A DNA stretch of 64,000 nucleotides. Origin: Ruditapes philippinarum. Lineage: Eukaryota. Positions 52,621 to 64,000 of this stretch are shown piece by piece. Position 1 is the first letter of the stretch; each line of letters opens with the position of its first letter. Under the pieces are notes generated by a model. The model had not been told where the DNA came from. It was given only the letters and a program-made list of their open reading frames with translations, and made no database searches. The position numbers and the translations under genes are program-made. Location of the stretch: positions 62,001-126,000 of the forward strand of contig NW_026861601.1 in NCBI RefSeq assembly GCF_026571515.1, in the 5' to 3' direction.

Positions 52621-55046
52621 TTTGCCTTTTCATCAGTTCCATTTCCACATGTAGCAATGGATTTCATAACCTATGGTGTGTCTGGAATTATAACAATAGG
52701 TAGCAAAAATTGGTTCCAGAAACAACCATACATTATTTTAGTCTAGCTCAACAACTGACTGTAAAACAGATAAATAAAACAAACTTGCTTCAAAACATTA
52801 ACATTTTCATTTGCAATCACTATAGTCCATAAATGTGTACCACATTTACCAAATCCAGAAACAAGTCTAATAATACATCCTTGACATAACCTGAGCTGTT
52901 TTTTCCTGCAAATGATTACCTCCCTTTACCTTCATTTCAATAATCTACATCCTTACTATCACAATGAGTATTTGGTCCCTGAGCAAAACTGCCCTCATAT
53001 AAAAAACACCACATACCTGCGAAACAGTTTACGCAACAAACCATGCCATTCCATTCAATTACACCAATAATAACAATGATATCACAGAAAGATTTTAAAT
53101 TCTTGCATTTTACATTGTATGACATCATTTTATCATACATCAACAATACCAGAGTGTAAGAGTAATCTCCTGACATTTCAAGCGGTCTATGTTTAAAATA
53201 AACATACATGTAATACACATATTGCTTCTTGAAACTTGTTGCAACAAACAAAATGTTTACCTAACAATGCAACCAACAAAATCTTTACATAACAAGGGGC
53301 TAGAGTTAGTTCAAAATTGACCAATGTTGTGACAAATTTTCCGTGACCTTCTTTGCCATCAGTTTAGAACAAGGGCGACCTACACATCCATGCAGTCTGA
53401 CCAAGATCTATACTGTTGGCTAACAAACTTCAAATTTTCATCCTATATACATATCATACTTATATACATTTTTGTGACCAGTTACAAATAAATCAGTTCT
53501 ATTGGCCGATTCAAAAATCATGCTCAGAATCAACCAATCAGATGCATGGGAATTTTAAAAATTTGCATATGACATCTTATTTTAACTATTCATCCTAATA
53601 ACTGTAATATTGAAAATAGTTAAATATGGAAAACTGCCAAAATGCCTAATCAAGTCACATTGGCGATTCTTAAATTTCAAACATGAAAAAAATACATTAA
53701 GAAATGAAAGAAGCAAAAATGGTTAGAACAAAATGCCAGTTATGAGATCTTTCAATATCTTCAAAGATATCTTCTTTCAATCATAAAACTGAAGTAACAC
53801 ATGTTGCTTTGCAAGACTTTCAACAGATAAAAAAGGGTTTTTAACCTGGTATTTTGAGACTTATACAAATATTTTGTTAAAAAATATCTATTGTAAACAT
53901 AATTTGCATAAATGAAAGGCATTCACAATTACCAGAGCAGGTTTCTACTGCCAGAATGATCATGTGTTTATAGTTAGTTAGGACTCAGTAATATACATTT
54001 TGAGAATAAACTGTGAAACCAGTCTATTTAATAAATCATTTCTATTGGCTGATTCAAAAATCATGCTCAGAATCAACCAATCAGACGCATGGGCTTCAGA
54101 CTGGTCTTCTATCTCTAATTTAAAAACATTTACATACATGTTTCACTTAACAGCTATCCTCCTGAAAACACACTTATTAGTATACCAGTCTGCTAAGGCA
54201 CCTCATACCAATGTACATGTTTATTGCTATTCTTTCTGATGCACAGTCTATTTAATTTGTAAAGAAAACATATTTTCAAACCCAGTCACAAATAATAACA
54301 TTATATACACTTTGCACCAATGTGAGTTAAATTCTAGGCTATAACAGTAGAAAGCACTGTCCTTCCACATTTTCTTCAAAAACACTCCTATATGTTGTCT
54401 ATACACAGGTCCAAAATATACCACATTGCATTCTTTTCAATACAACTTTACACCACCGGTATACAGCAAATCTACTATACGTAAGTAATAACGTTTACAA
54501 GCCATATTTCCGGTGTCGTCTGCTGCTACCAATCAAGAAATTCTTGGACCGTTCCTTCAAACACCATCTTACACATAGTGGTAAAGTCGCAACAATAGTT
54601 CATACACTAAACATTGAACATAACTATCACCTTCTCCTATTTATCTTCAACTCTCATCTTAGATAGACCAATGCTACTATGAACTATAGCATTTTTTCCT
54701 ACCGAAAATATTTCTGCACCACATTTTTGCAACGTCTTCATAAACAGCACAAACAATACACACACTACGATAATTAAAGCTTTACACATCTGTTTTACTC
54801 TCAAATACTTGTGTTATTTTTTTGACAATTGTACCAAGCATACATGTACTATATTACCTGATTACACGTATGCTACAATTCACAGTCCAACTGCTTTCGA
54901 TTCTATAAACATACACGTGTTTACTCATTCAGGTGGCATCAAACAAGTTACGCAGACTGTAAAAGTCATATAATCTGACCCATTTACTTTTCTGTACAAT
55001 AACCAATTTATACCGCAGTGCACTTTACCATTTCCTGTACAACAAT

Positions 55047-61666
<6,620 letters not shown>

Positions 61667-61790
61667 CTGTAAAAACAAAAATAAATGACATTATTCTATA
61701 GTGTATGTGTATTCTAGGCTTAATAAGGGCCCATCCACCCTTTCAGGCACTGAGAGTATGAACCCCCCCCCCCCCTTATACTATTCTTAA

Positions 61791-62136
61791 GTATTGTTTG
61801 TATTTAGGTTTATTTATACTCAGCGCCAGAATAACCATATGTCCGAGATTATAGCATCCTTGCCGGTCCACTATGGTAGTCACATCGGGGACGTCTTTTT
61901 CAAGCAGAATCTTCCTGGTAGCCCATTCTTCGTTCGTTGGTGGTAAAGGAGACGAGAATACTGTCAAGGCATCATGTTCCTGACTGACGACAACAAAAAC
62001 GGCCTTCTTTAGCGCCAACCCTCCAGAGTTAGTCACGACAGGTCAACCAATCATCTCTGGTACTTGAGATGACTTGACCTTGACCTGCCGTGTGCCTTCT
62101 CCACGACGTGCACGCCTCTGGAGGGATTTGGAGAAG
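61791..62136 (-). mobile_element. Retroposon insertion (SINE or 5'-truncated LINE end) with 11-bp TSD
   Basis: ACTATTCTTAA at 61780-61790 and 62137-62147; GC-richer body; tail on - AATAAACCTAAATACAAACAATAC. Confidence 0.8.
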
Positions 62137-62789
62137 ACTATTCTTAATACAAATGTAACAGCCATTATAGTTGGTTGAATTAAATGGTTTTGTGTTTTTT
62201 ATTAAAAGATAATTTCACTTTGACAGCTTTTTTCTTTTGGGTAAAAACATTTTTCCAGCGGCACATATTACTCTCTGATTTTACAGCATTTCATATACCA
62301 TATTAATATACATTGTATTCCATGACAGTAAATATTTGCTGATTTAGCAAAAACAATCATTTGATTACAATGCTGGATTGATTTATGACTATATTATATA
62401 AATGGAAGCTTCAATTAGACAATTTATAATTACTATTTAAAGCTTGGAGACTAACTTCAATATATTTCTATACAGTATGTTTTAAATTTTTTAATACAAA
62501 CATTATTTTAAGGCCAATATTAAAGGCCAGATAAAAATAATTCATTGGTTATCAGACCTGCTGTTATGTTTTCATTCAGCCTATATTTAGTATACTTGAA
62601 ATCCAATTATAACAAAATTATCTTCCTCACATGTTGTTCACTTGTTTTTTTTTCCAGTATTATGGCCTTTTAAAAAATTCATTTAATACAATTTTAAATT
62701 TGGCATGACTAAATATAAGGTAATATTAAAGTTAAAATGCTGCTAAAGATTCCTCCAACTTTAATTTCGACTTCTCATTTTACACACAA

Positions 62790-64000
62790 AACAAGAGCTG
62801 TCGGTAGGACAGCACGCTCGACTATTCTAAGTGCTTGATAGTAAAAGAGCCTTGATAATGTTAAATTTTTTAAGATCACAAAAGGTCTAATTTTTTTTTA
62901 ATAAATTCATGTTATAGGCCTTAGAGAGAGTCTAATTATACAGTATTGGCTTGACTATTCGGAAGGTAATGTCACAAGGTTGTTTTATTGAGTATAATAA
63001 TACTAATTACCTATGAATACATAAATTTGACAGAAAAGGTACAAAGGCTTCTAATTAAGATGTTTTATCAAGTAAATCACTGCTTTATTATTATGAATGC
63101 ATAAAATTGTCCCAAAAAAGGCACAAACCCTTCAGTAGTAATTGAGATAACAGCTTACAAGCAAAACTTTACCATGAATTTCTAAGTTGAAAAAGGGGAG
63201 AAAAATCAGCCTAAATGCAAGATAGAATTATGGATTTTTGTCAGTGACCTACAATTATGACCCTAAATGCATATGTGAAGTTTTAAATAAATATCTTTAA
63301 TAGTTATTGAGATATGTAAAACTTGCATGTAAACATTAACCAAGAGACTAAGTAGAAAAGGGGATATGAATCAGCCTTAATGCAAGATAGAGTTATGGAA
63401 CTTGGTCAGTGACATACAATTATGACCCACCAATTATGACCCTAAGAGCATGTGTAAAGTTTCAAGTAAATATCTTTGAAGACATTTAACCTTTAACCAA
63501 AATTTCTAAGTTTCAAAGGGGCAAATAATTCTTCAAATTTTGCAGGCAGAGTTATGCAATTTTGCAAACTGATGTATATTGTTACTATAAAAAAGTATTT
63601 TAAATTTCAATTGAATATCTCAAGCAATAATTGAGATATTTGACTTTACAAAAAAACTTTAACCAAAATTTCTAAGTTCCAAAGGGGCATAATTCTGTCA
63701 ATATTGTAGGCAGAGTTATCCAACTTGTCAATCTAATGTACCTTGTTACTATAAATACGTATTGTAAGTTTCAATTGAATATCTCAAGCAATAATTGAGA
63801 TATTTGACTTTACAAAAAACATTAACCAAAATTTCTAAGTTAAAAAGGGGCATAATTCTGTCAATATTATAGGCAGAGTTATCCAACTTGTCAATCTGAT
63901 GTACCTTGTTACTATAAATAAGTATTGTAAGTTTCAATTGAATATCTAAAGGAATTATTGAGATATTTGACTTTACAAAAAACTTTAACCAAAATTTCTA
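62790..64000 (-). mobile_element. Near-identical second copy of the 56738 element with more monomers; runs off the window
   Basis: Collinear with 56738-57770 over about 1 kb. Confidence 0.88.

Noticed and set aside
61776-62036. 86-aa ORF as an upstream CDK exon
   Set aside because: No kinase similarity; it lies inside a TSD-flanked insertion.

Overview
AT-rich, intron-rich animal genomic DNA. The repeat types (HINE/Helentron-like elements with internal satellite arrays, tRNA-headed SINEs, palindromic MITEs) point to a bivalve mollusc; this is an inference. There are two convergent genes. (1) A kinesin-3 of the KIF28/KLP-6 type lies on +, with 23 coding exons traced by hand from ATG 4499: motor, neck coil, FHA, kinesin-associated region, C2-like domain and coiled coil. 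Its first intron (4547-7636) is a U12-type AT-AC minor-spliceosome intron. Its last exon hits a stop after 13 codons, yet just downstream and out of frame is a protein-like Ser/Lys-rich tail ending in a polybasic CaaX motif ([10 protein letters not shown]). (2) The last five coding exons of a CDK4/6 kinase lie on - (61666 down to 55047); the 5' exons lie beyond the window. About 20 kb of non-coding sequence with a strand-composition switch separates the two stop codons. The introns carry many non-autonomous transposons, some nested, and minisatellites. Two of these minisatellites resemble the exon junction they abut. RFX X-box-like motifs occur at the promoter, on top of 3' splice sites and inside repeats. 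One intronic array carries 8 perfect oestrogen-response palindromes. All calls are from manual reading; no searches were run.
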